Shown: one piece after another, positions 52,333-64,000 of the stretch | Position numbering within the stretch: position 1 is the first letter of the stretch | Layout: every line of letters begins with the position of its first letter | Origin: Mytilus californianus | Lineage: Eukaryota | Reading direction: 5' to 3' | Assembly (NCBI RefSeq): GCF_021869535.1 | Contig: NW_026262690.1 | Coordinates: forward strand, 59,458,001 to 59,522,000 | DNA: 64,000 bases | Notes under the pieces: model-generated | Seen by the model: the letters and a program-made list of their open reading frames with translations, nothing else | The model's database searches: none | Told to the model about the DNA's origin: nothing | Made by a program: the position numbers and the translations under genes

Positions 52333-55215
52333 AATCATTTGTTCCTTGTAATAAAAAGTCTAGTACTACCAAACCACTAAACAGACAGTGTGTATTGATG
52401 GATTCCAGTAACTAATCTGACAATATATTGATGACTAATGTCATTAAATAGACAATACCTCTTAGTTCTTCTATATTATTTTGACATCATCTACTTTGTC
52501 CAGTAAAAAGTCAGTTCTAACTTTTAGTCTAACAATCCTGGCTTGAAATTCCTTGATGAAAAATGGCCAATTATAGACAAGAGTTCCATGCAATAAAGGA
52601 TTGTGAGCATTAAGATCAGACAAGGCAAAACTATAACTATATATGACTGGTTGACGTCCCATTATACTTCCCATGACAATGACTCTTAAAAGGATTTACA
52701 CTATGCATCATAATATACAAATATCTAAATAGCATGCTTTACATCTGACTGCTGAACAACAATATACATAAAAATAAGGGAGGACTTGTCTGTATATATC
52801 CGTTCTGTATGACATTTGACACATTGCTTGATCAACAACATAAATCTTACTATACAAAATGGTCCAGACAATAAATAAACTTTCTTTGTGGTCATGAGAT
52901 TGAAGAATAAATGTTTGGTAAGACATATTCTTGTCCAGAACCATTCTTCTCTGTCAATTAATTCTATTAAAACCTGCTGACTAATGTCAATAATCTATTA
53001 GATTTGCCACCAAAAATGGTAAGACAGAGAATTTAGTTGTAGATCTCCTGCCCACTGGAACTGTAGGAGTGAGAATGGTATTAGATTACATGATCTATTG
53101 ATCCTGAGCAGAATGAACCTAATGAAAAATCTTCATACAGATAATGGAATCTACAAAAATGTTATGAAACAAATTTATTCATTTCCACAGGCTGTGATTT
53201 GGTTTCAGTTTCTGATGAAAAAATGTCATTAAAGTAAAGCCAAAAAAAATAAATACAACCAAAGTTTTAAATTTACAGTAGAGTAAGGTATGTAGATAAT
53301 GTACAGCATGTACAACATTCATCTAAATGACATCACAAAAGTACTTTGTCTGTCATCTGATGCTGGATTATTACATAATTATCTTTAAATCTTATGAATG
53401 AAATATTTTGAAAGAAAAAAAAAAACGGATAAAAATCAATCTGAAAAGTAAACCGCCTTTTCTATGATTGAAATTCCATGCATGTGTAAATATTTTTACT
53501 CATTATTTCACCAACCAATTACAGAATGACATTATTTGTTAGACACCCACTGATTCTAGGACAGAACAGATTTGAACTGATATAAATAAATGATCTATAT
53601 CTGTGTCTTCATCACCATACTATAGAATGGCAAACTCATTTCTCATCACACCACCAGTGACAAACCCATATTTTCTGCACAGTGAACTGAAAAATAACAA
53701 TTCCTAGAGTCCTGTCAATCCATAAAAAGAACAGTATCGATTTCATCTACAAATTATCACAAACTGATCTCCAACCTGGCCACTCTTTTTGTTCATTCAC
53801 ATTGATCAATCACTGAGGAGTAATAAACAACTACATCCATAGTTTTACTTCTAATTGTAATGTTTAAAGCTATAAAACTTACTACTCCTGTGTAGGAGAA
53901 CAATATGGTGGAGTTGTGGGACAGCAGTGATTATGTCATGACATGTAAGGACATAACACATCATTAATTACAACATCAAGGACCGACTTTTGTCAACTAT
54001 ATACAGAATCTGTAATCTTACTATTGTAGGCTGTAGATGTTAACCCTTAGATTATAATTGCTTATGCCAGTGATCACAGGGGACAAATATAAACTATTCT
54101 GATACATGTTCTATTTCATTACTTCTACTCGGTAGGTCCCTTGGTTACATTTATCAAATTCAATGGATTATCTGTAAAACAGAATTCTTGATAAAATTTC
54201 TAGTAATCATGTGTAAGTGAAAAACCAATTTCAAAATTCATTACTGCATTATTTTCAAACCTACTGAGATTTTCTAAATGAAATCCCACAGAAAAAAGCA
54301 AAAATAAATATTCATCCAAAATAACATCAGTAATCCAGTTCAAAAACACAAGAAGAGTACTGTGTTATAGTTAAGTCATTACTTAGTCTGAGATATACAC
54401 AATTCTAATAAAGAATCATTTCTATGGCAATTATAACTTGGACACATGTTCGGAAATACGCCAAAATCTTTTTGTAACCACACAGTGCAAATATAATTCT
54501 ATGTGATACTGTGAATAAAGCAAAGATTGAAGGACTTTTCTTTAACTTCTCTGGTGCAAAATAAATCAGAGGAAAATGGCCCTTCCTATATTCAATGTTG
54601 AATATTACAATATTTGTGAACCTAGAATCTATTTCAGCAAAAAAATTTTAAAGATTTCTTTATTCCAAATTTTATTTTTTTTTTACTTTTCTTCTATAAT
54701 TTAACAGTGAACTTATAACTAACTTATATTAACAGGTGGTAGAATAATTTTCTCAAGATCTTTATGACTATACCATATGGAATTTGCTCATTGTTGAATG
54801 CCGTAAGGTGACCTATGGTTGTTTACTTCAATGTTTTAGTCTCTGGTGGAGAGTTGTCTCATTGATTCATATTTTTATATTATATATGTATGATCTATTT
54901 CCTATCAACCCAAGCTTATATAGGAGTTCAATTTAAAGCAGAAAACAAGATTTAAATAGTTTCTGACAACAAAGCCAATGCTACTTGACAGGGATAGAAA
55001 CTGTCTAGTTTGTGATTCAATAAACCTGATGGTCTGATACAGATTAATCTTACAATGAAATCCATTACAAGAAATAGTAATAATAGTTCTGGACACTTTA
55101 CCCTATCTTATATCATATAAATATTGCTTAGGATTGAGAGACAGAATGAAATTAAACTTGCTGACCATAGAAGCAAGGTTTTAAACATATATATAAACAT
55201 TGTGCACTTATTAAA

Positions 55216-55643
55216 AACAAGAATGTGTCCATAGTACACGGATGCCCCAATTGCAATATCACTTTCTATGTTCAGTGGACCGTAAAATTGGGGTCAAAAC
55301 TCTAATTTGGCATTAAAAATAGAAAGATCATACCATAGGGAACATGTGTACTAAGTTTCAAGTTGATTGGACTTTAACTTCATCAAAACTACCTTGACCA
55401 AAAACTTTAACCTGAAGCGGGCACTATCATTTTCTATGTTCAGTGGACTGTGAAATTGGGGTCAATACTCTAATTTGGCATTAAAATTAGAAAGATCATA
55501 CCATAGGGAACATGTGTACTAAGTTTCAAGTTGATTGGACTTCAACTTCATCAAAAACTAACATGACCAAAAACTTTAACCTGAAGTGGGACAGATGGAA
55601 TAACGAACGGACCGAAAAACATAATGCCTCTAGGTGGGGCATA
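55216..55643 (+). mobile_element. HINE/pearl-like element (2 cores of ~168 bp)
   Basis: aacaagaatgtgtcc start; atgccc(c)/atgcc motif near both ends; terminal atgcc..ggcat hairpin. Confidence 0.72.
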
Positions 55644-57893
55644 AAAAGCACATTAATTATCTCTGAGCTAGTAACTACTCTAATAAACATAATGATTATA
55701 AAAATAAGATTATGCTTTGAAAACAGAATCAACTTTCAAAATGGAATTCTATGAACATATGAACATAAACTACATCTAAAGGAATTCACAGAGGGAAATA
55801 TAGTAAAAAAAAAGCTAAAACTCGTCAGAATGTCTGTTATTCATTGTTGAGACTGTTTATTGCACATATAAATTAGCATTGTGCGCGCAATAATGAAATA
55901 AGCTTAAAACAAAAGACATTCTGCCATATGGAATCAATAGTATAACTTGATATTGTGGGAAAGAAATTCAAATTGTGACAAAATAATGTGTTTTGAACTG
56001 GATAAAAAAAATACTACTCCATAGATAGTGTCACACAGGCAGCTAGTTCTCACCCACACAATTTTCACATAAATTACACTGACATATGAAAATTATCTGG
56101 ATTTTATTTTAAAATACAGTTTCGCCTTATATCGTAATGTGAGTGCTTACCCTCTTCCATTCTGAAGGGATTTTTGTTAATATTAACATTAATACTGATG
56201 CTGTTTCCTTGTACAATCTTTATCAAATATTTTGAATAACATAAAATTATTTTAAATAAAAAACTTAGCATGTTTTCTAATAAGTGTATCTGCAAACAGT
56301 TCTTCAAATCTTTCTTTTTGGTTTAACAGATAAAGATTACAACTAAAGTGTTAATGTTGTTAATCAGTGGGTCTTTGGGAAATTATGGATTTACTTGTTT
56401 ATGCCTTGAAATAAAAATAAAATGTTTCTATTATTTTTACTGAACGGAAATTCTGTACAAATGTCCTTTATATAAAGCAATTGTATCCTGCAATTGTGTT
56501 GCAGAATACTCCTTTTCAACCTGTCTAGAGCAAGATTATTTATTTTCACAATCCCCCCCCCCCCCCCTTCCCCCACGCAAAATTAAATGGTTGTCCCTTA
56601 TCCAAGTAAAAATCTTGGAGGGTTGAGTGCCACAAGATATTTTTCCTAGCCCAAATAAGGAACCTCTTTAGCTGTTGTCTTTTTAATGACAATCATGTAA
56701 CACCATTTCTTCTTTGGTCCATACTTTCTTATTATATTCTAGGAATCTCAGATTGCAATATTTTAATTAAATTGAAATTTCTTCAACTGTTTTTTTTTTT
56801 TAAACAACAAGTATGCATACATTTTGTATATAGATCCTATAAATATACATATACCTTTTGTACCATGTATCAAATATGGGCATCATGTGTTTAGAAACAA
56901 CTACTGAGAAAACATCATTAAAAAATCATCTTCATAATGTAACTTCAAAGACAACACAGACTTAGGCTATAATGCACCAAAAGATGGATATCAACATTGC
57001 ATTTATAAAATCTCATCAAATCTGAGTAATTGTTTATTGCCTGAAGACATACATAATCATACTTTGTTGTCGTATATAGCAGTATTACCCTCCTGAGACA
57101 TCAAATCCTGGCAAAATGATCTCCTGTATTTTTGTTATATATTTTTTATTTTCTTTAGTCCAATCATAAAATGAATCTGAGAACATTCTACAAGAATGAA
57201 GATATTGTGTCATTTTATTAGTCTGCACTGATTTTCTCTGCTTGACATTAAATTCTTAATATGAGAAAGGCATTTAAAATTCTTCAAATGTTTCTACTTA
57301 ATTTCAACTCTTACCACCTATGATTTCTTACATAAATGTCTGGGTTTTTTTTAAAAGGAAATGAATGTAAATAAACAAACAAGTTCTAAACCTTCATAAC
57401 ACTGTTATATGCACACAAAAATAACAAATGTTAAGCTTTTAAGATTATTTTAAAAAGTGAAACAGACTAAATAAAAGATATGAATCCATGTATAAAACCA
57501 TGATAAGCATGTATCTCTTCACAACACCCTTCTTATAAGTGTTGACATAGAGTAGTGTTTGTCTACAATATCTTTTTATAAGATTTGTTATAAGTTTTCA
57601 TTTCAGTACTGTTTGAACATATACATGTGTTTGGATTTTTTAGTTGTCTTGATCTTTATTTTTTTATTTCTAAAGTGAATCATCAATAAGATTTGTATAC
57701 AATTGATTTTTCTTTTATTTTCTTGAAATAAAGTTCACTTAACTTATTTTCAAGAAATATTTCAACAACATTTCGAATATTATATAGGGGAAATAATTTT
57801 CTGGTGAATAAAAAAAAAAACTTATCAATAGAAATCATTTTTTTTTTGTTAATTGTTCTGATCAATATCATTCACTTTCAGAAAATAACTTAA

Positions 57894-58915
57894 AACTAGA
57901 GGCTCTCAAGAGCCTGTGTCGCTCACCTGTATTTACTGATGCTTTGGAAATCATGTAAAATAAGGTTAAAATCATAATCAATAGTATTAGATATTAGATA
58001 TTATAATGATATCTAAGATAATAACAAAAAACTGCAAAATTTTTGTAAAATTACTAACTCAGGGGCAGCAACCCAACAACGAGTTGTCGGATTCGTCTGA
58101 AAATTTCAGGGCAGATAAATCTAAATCTGATGAACATTTTTGCCACCTGTCAGATTTGCTCTAAATGCTTTAGTTTCAGAGATATAAACCAAAAACTGCA
58201 TTTTACCCCTATGTTCTATTTTTAACCAAGTCGGCCATGATGGTTGGAAGGCGGGGTCATCGGACAAATTTTTTTAAAATAAATACCCTAATAATGATTA
58301 TGGCCAAGTATGGTTAAATTTGTCTCAGTAGTTTCAGAGAAGAAGATTTTTGTAAAAGATTACAAAAAAATTGACTATAAAGGGCAATAACTCCTAAAGG
58401 GGTCGACTGACAATTTTGGTCATGCGACTTATTTGTAGATCTTACTTTGCTGAACATTATTGCTGTTTACAGTTTATCTCTATCTATAATAATATTCAAG
58501 ATAATAACCAAAAACTGCAAAATTTCCTTAAAATTACAAATTCAGGGGCAGCAACCCAACAACAGATTGTAAGATTTGTCTGAAAATTTCAGGGCAGATA
58601 GATCTTGACCTGATAATCAGTTTTACCTAATGTCAGATTTACTCTAAATGCTTTGGTTTCAGAGATATAAGCCAAAATCTACATTTTACCCCTATGTTCT
58701 ATTTTTAGCCATGGCAGCCATCTTGGTTGGTTGGCGGGGTCATCTGACACATTTTTTAAACTAGATACCCTAATGATGATTGTGGCCAAGTTTGGTTAAA
58801 TTTGGCCCAGTGGTTTCAGAGGAGAAGATTTTTGTAAAAAGCTAACGACGACGACAGACACCGGACGCCAAGTGATGAGAAAAGCTCACTTGGTCCTTCG
58901 GGCCAGGTGAGCTAA
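57894..58915 (+). mobile_element. HINE/pearl-like element (long core of ~485 bp, partly duplicated)
   Basis: aactagaggctct..gctcacctg start; (GAC)n; aagctcact..ggtgagct hairpin. Confidence 0.75.
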
Positions 58916-59968
58916 AAACATATCCCTGCCCTACAATACCTTTGGGCACTGTTAATGCATTAACAATATTTTTGTTTTGTTTACCCTGCAAGTATCCGAT
59001 GTCTATAAGGCAGATTTGATGCATTGTATGAGATACATAGGTTAGAATACAGTCTATATTGGTTCTAACATTGATTTTATTTTCAATAGTTTACTACATA
59101 AATAAACATGTATTGCTATCTAATTATTAACACTTGAGGTGTTACATTCTGTCAATACCTATGTTTAGTCATGCTTTCTCAGACAGCTTGTGACATCTTT
59201 ACACTAAACAAACTGGAGGTGTACTAATTGATATTTTAGTCTGGTAAAACATGGTTTATTTGTTAGTTGTAATTGGGATTGGATCTAGCATACAGTACTG
59301 GGAGTACTTTTAGAAAAGTAATTGTGACCTTGTCATTTTGTATTTTGCTTTTACACTTTGTACAGATCTGATCAGTCAAGCCCTTTCTGTCTGAACTTAA
59401 CAGTTTGTTCAAATATTGTGCTTACAGCACAGATTAGGGGAGGGTTGAGAGCTTTCAAAACATGTCCACTATTATGGCTCACTATGTAGTATGGATTTTG
59501 CTCATTGTTGAAGGCTGTATAGTGACTTGTAGTTGTTTTTGGTCTTTGGTGGATAGTTGGCGCTCAACTAATTATTTTCCAATAGAGGAAATAGTTTATT
59601 CTAGACTAAGTTCATGCATACCTCAGAAACTGATTAACAAAAGAAAAAACCCTGACATAGTACACACATATTATATGTATATAAACATTCTATACATAGA
59701 ACTATTGTATCTTGGAAACTAGGTGTCTAATGAATAAAGTATGCATAAAATCGTAATTCTTTTTGGTGAAGACTGACAAACAATTTAGCCTCAATTGACA
59801 AAGTTCTACTTCACAAAAAATTGAATACAAAATCCTTAATTCCTCCCTCATCCCTAAAAAAATTTATACAAAAATGTCCCAGAGGCAGGAAAAAGAAAAA
59901 AAATCTTTTAATTCACTTAAACTTCAGATTGAAATTACATTAATTATAGTAATGTCTAGATAAATTAC

Positions 59969-59983
59969 CTCCCCGTGGATCAA
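59969..59983 (-). CDS. Nrx-1: Candidate 15-nt alternative microexon (VDPRG) at SS1-equivalent position
   Basis: cttttgctcatag|TTGATCCACGGGGAG|gtaatt; phase 1 to 1, frame-preserving, no stop. Confidence 0.6.
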
Positions 59984-60749
59984 CTATGAGCAAAAGTTAT
60001 CTCTCCTGGCAGAATCACAAAAAAATAAAATTGTTATTCTATTTAAATAGAACTAGTACCTGTCTTTTTTTTACTTACTATCTCTGGGTCAATTCCATTG
60101 CAGGTAAATTGTTAGTCCCTTTTGGTTTCATTATCCTAGTAGGAAATGCCATGATTTATCATATAATTTTGAATAAAACTTTTTTTATCATTTCTTTTGA
60201 GTTACCAGTTATTTGCTGATCACATTTGCTCTTGCTCAAAATACTCAAACATTTTCTATTTTTCTTACTTTCTAAGCATCTGTTCACACTATACTTACAC
60301 ATGGTTTATATGGAGATTATATGTGATATTTGGTGAATAATCTATATATATTACCCTTGATTCTATCATCACACTTTTAAGTCACTATATATTGTGTAAA
60401 TAAATCCTCTTTGGAATTTAATAATTTGTATTTAGTTGCACCATTTTTAACTTTTAAAAAATGGCCACAATGCTTAACCTGATGAACTGAAATTTATCCA
60501 AAAGAACTGCTTTCATTAAACAAAATTATTTTAAAATCACTGTATTACCTTTTGGTTTTTTTTTTTGCTATTTGGATAATGAGTCATAATTGTGTACTAA
60601 AAGAGCTGTCATGAGCATTTATATTTTACATTCATGCTTTTTAAATGCTCATAATAAAATCACCAAAATTATCATCCCAATATTAATAATAGTATCACTG
60701 ATAACAAAAGCTTTGGCATACCTAATATTCAATGTAAATGTTAACTTAC

Positions 60750-61485
60750 CTATTTCACATTTATCTCCCCTGAAGTTAGTCGATGAACAGTCACATGTAA
60801 CACCATTGTCTTCTTCAATACACACACTACCATGTAAACAAGGACTATTTGTTATACACTCCTTTGTACCCATTGTCATGTTTAATGAGTCCAATATCTT
60901 TGGTCTGAAAAGTGGACCACCACAATTACTGTAAAGAATATTTCTAATATATCCATTAAATCTGGTCTCAAAGAAAACCGAAGGCAGTGTCAAGGCCTGT
61001 GTTCTGTCTTCATAGTCTTTAGATATGCCTCCAACAAAAACATAATTATTAAATTTATTCTGAATACCAAAGAGTTGATCTTTGCCTTGGTATTTTCTAG
61101 GGTGTGTAGAATCATCGACATGTAGAGATATGTAAGAGTCTTTACGAATTATCAGTACTTTATGCCAAATATTGTCATGTAATTGTTCACCAGCGACCAG
61201 TCTCATCTTACCACTACCTAAATCAAACACTACATGTAGCTTTCCTTTTAAAAGTTTGACTTCAAAATAATCGTTAATACCCCCATCATCTGTATAAAAT
61301 AGTAAAACATTTTCAAAAGTTGTTTTAAATTCCATTTGTATTGAACCATTTCTGCAGGGCTTCCATTCCTCTATCTTAACAAATGCAAATTCCGATCCTT
61401 TAATTTCAAATCCTGCAGTGCAGACATTTATTAATATTGCTGCAATACAGAAAACAGTTGACACCATTTCTTGTAACAGAGCCAT
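60750..61485 (-). CDS. Nrx-1: Neurexin coding exon 1: signal peptide, LNS1, EGF1
   Basis: MALLQEMVSTVFCIAAILINVCTAG signal peptide; EFKTT..LLFYTDDGG..DYFEVKL; C-x4-PC..GSVC..VTCDC..FRGDKCE; donor G|GTAAGT at 60749, phase 1. Confidence 0.95.
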
Positions 61486-62422
61486 TATGAAATCACATTA
61501 TATTCTTTAAGTTAACATGTTCTTATTCAAGCAAGAATATAAAAGTAATTTTTGCTCTTTTCAGAACTCATACCAATCAACTATTTTCCGACAAATATTA
61601 CCATTCTTGATTTCCAATGGAAGAAGTAATACAAAATTGAACTGTAATGAAAAATCATTCTAATCCAGACAAAGTTTGGAATCTCTTTGATGTAACTGCT
61701 TTTTAATAAAACCGTAGTTATGATTACCATAAAAAATCATATCGTTGTGCGACCAAGAGTCTATAGTTGTCTATTCCATAAATGTAATCAGAGTTCGGAG
61801 AAAATTATTGATTACACATAACTTCTGGCACTTCAGGATATATCATTGCTATTGATGCACTGTTTGTGCTGGAGTATAACATAAAGATTTTATAAAAGTG
61901 CTTCGTGATTTCTAATGGATGACTATTTCACTACAACCAATCAACTCATAGTTAAATTCTCCACATAAATCTGTAAAAAAACAAATAATTTGTTAAATGA
62001 AATAATTCAATTAAAACTATAAATGAACAATCCATGTTAAAATAAAGTAGTGGAAAACTTTATTCTTATTAATATCTGGTGCGATTCAGATGTAATTGCA
62101 GCCTATATATTTCGGTAATCAATTGCCGTCGCACATCGTTGTTTTTTAATTTGGAAAACTGTCATATTGATGTTTATTCATTATGAAGCATATTTAAGCA
62201 CCAAAAAACTCCGAATTTCAATCTCCTGGAAAGATCATTGATTATATCTAAGTTATGAGAAGCAGGATGCTGTGATGTCTTAAATTGCGTTACAAGTCTT
62301 TAATTTCAGTACAGTAATTTGCACATTATTCAACAAGATTGTTTTATTATTAGAAAGATTTTATCACAAAAGAGAAATATAGAGAATAAAGTTTAGAATT
62401 TGATTAGTTCATATTTAAGTTA

Positions 62423-62758
62423 GGAAGTTTATTTAAAGAGGAAAAGCAAATTAAAATTTATTACATTCTATCAAGAGTCAAGATAAATATATTATGAATT
62501 ATCATGAATACCTGTGATTTTTTATATAGATAGATTTTCACATTAAGCAATTTCAACTTCTAACCTGTTAGTAGTAAAACACCCAAAAAAGGAAGTTTAT
62601 TTAAAGAGGAAATGCAAATTAAAATTTATTACATTCCATCAAGAGTCAAGATAAATATATTATGAATTATCATGAATACCTGTGATTTTTTATATAGATA
62701 GATTTTTACATTAAGCAATTTCAACTTCTAACCTGTTAGTAGTTAAACACCCAAAAAA
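62423..62758. repeat. 168-bp tandem duplication upstream of the CDS
   Basis: ggaagtttatttaaagagg..acacccaaaaaa present twice with few mismatches. Confidence 0.9.
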
Positions 62759-63385
62759 TTCTTAAACTCATTTTAAAATGAAAACTAGTATCTTGAGGAA
62801 GATGCCCATAATAGAGTTCATGAAAATCCAAGATAAGATTTAGCTAATAGTACTGGACACAGGATAAAGGAAAGATAGGAATATTGCCATAAAGATTTCT
62901 CATTCCGTTTTCTCACATTTGGATAGCTGTCTGATTGGCATTCATAACACACCTCCTCATTATTTTTTAAATAAGAGTTCATATGAGTGAAATAGACTCA
63001 TATATTCTACAATAGCTACTATACATAATAGATCTTTATAGACTTTCCTATGAACAATGCTTTATAACAAAATTACAGGAAATCAGCTATTCGGATTGTA
63101 AATGATTCCACAAGGGATGTATAAAGTAAATATTTTAAAATTGCTGCACCTTGATCTTTTAATTAATTGTTGATTGTTGTTTGCTCAACATCCCTTGGCA
63201 AATATTATGTGCATATTCAGGATGAGCTTGCACTTTTGTAATAATCAATTAGCAATATATACACTGAGAGTGGTAGACAAATACTGATTTAGATATATGA
63301 AATGTTTTGTTTTGATTGTGTTGTTTGGCTTCTGTCTCAATTACTCACTAATTTATTGTAACTGGAGAGCATGATTCTTATTTGA

Positions 63386-63540
63386 AAATCACATGTGTCT
63401 GCTCTAGGACTCAAACCAGGGATATCTGTGTTACAAGTCAGTGCTCTAACCCACTGAGCTAAAGAAGTACTTCCCTAGCTCAAACACTTATGGCTGACCA
63501 AGTATCTACTACTAAAGCAATCTTGTCACACTTCCCCCAC
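63386..63540 (-). mobile_element. Repeat with a degenerate tRNA-like head (TGT anticodon loop)
   Basis: Minus strand TAGCTCAGTGGGTTAGAGCACTGA-CTTGTAA-CACAGATATCCCTGGTTTGAGTCC; A and B boxes present, no acceptor stem. Confidence 0.55.
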
Positions 63541-63733
63541 CTTAGTGTTAACATATTTCATCATTTAAATTCAAGTTCAATAATATACACAATTAGGCAT
63601 TAATATATTAATACAACTGAATAATTAATAGGATCCGGAAACAAGTATCATCTCCAACCACAGTGGGAGTTTTAGCTGGGCGCCAAATGTAACCAGTGAG
63701 CATGACTCATAGTCACTAGAAAATCACATTGCC

Positions 63734-64000
63734 AAGACTCTAACCCAGGACCACTGCATTAAAAGTCAGCACACTAACCGACTGAGCAAAAGACTCTAAT
63801 CCAGGACCTCTGCATTAAAAGTCAGCAAACTAACTGACTGAGCAAACTCTAACCCAGGACCTCTGCATTAAAAGTCAGCACACTAACTGACTGAGCAAAA
63901 GACTCTAACAAAGGGACCTCTGCATTGAAAGTCAGCACACTAACAGACTGAGCAAAAGACTCTAACCCAGGACCTCTGCATTAAAAGTCAGTACACTAAC
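63734..64000 (-). repeat. Tandem array of ~56-bp tRNA-like units (about 5, running off the window end)
   Basis: Unit actctaacccaggacctctgcattaaaagtcagcacactaactgactgagcaaaag; one unit is 4 bp shorter. Confidence 0.85.

Larger units (their letters stand above)
3756..61485 (-). other. Nrx-1: Alpha-neurexin gene span; 16 core coding exons, 4320 nt CDS, 1439 aa
   Basis: Six LNS and three EGF domains in alpha-neurexin order, CxSDDEDEC Cys-loop, TM followed by [17 protein letters not shown]-terminus [10 protein letters not shown]. All introns are GT-AG with compatible phases. Confidence 0.97.

Noticed and set aside
52470-52950. Two adjacent minus-strand ORFs (67 and 78 aa)
   Set aside because: No domain similarity I can recognise, and no phase-compatible link to the neurexin exons.
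63400-64000. Functional tRNA genes
   Set aside because: No acceptor stem, degenerate T-loop, and embedded in repeat context.

Overview
AT-rich eukaryotic genomic DNA; the repeat families resemble those of bivalve molluscs (mussel-like, inferred). The window holds the complete coding region of one alpha-neurexin gene on the minus strand. I assembled 16 core exons by hand (ATG at 61485, stop at 3756). All 15 introns are GT-AG with matching phases, and the exons sum to 4320 nt (1439 aa): signal peptide, LNS1-EGF1-LNS2-LNS3-EGF2-LNS4-LNS5-EGF3-LNS6, stalk with Cys-loop, TM, and a KEWYV PDZ-binding tail. Several core exons are missing from the ORF track. The most interesting signals are unannotated in-frame cassette candidates at or near vertebrate alternative splice positions: a 15-nt microexon (SS1), a 27-nt microexon with Rbfox motifs (SS2), a 489-nt stalk exon at the gamma-neurexin position with a signal-peptide-like ORF one base out of frame, and twin donors in the SS5 region. 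Introns carry ten co-oriented Helentron/HINE (pearl-like) elements, tRNA-derived SINEs, several MITEs, a 3-kb CACTG-ended element with ~235-bp TIRs, minisatellites and a tandem array of tRNA-like units. I found no prokaryotic features or CRISPR arrays. All coordinates were derived by eye and none is transcript-validated.
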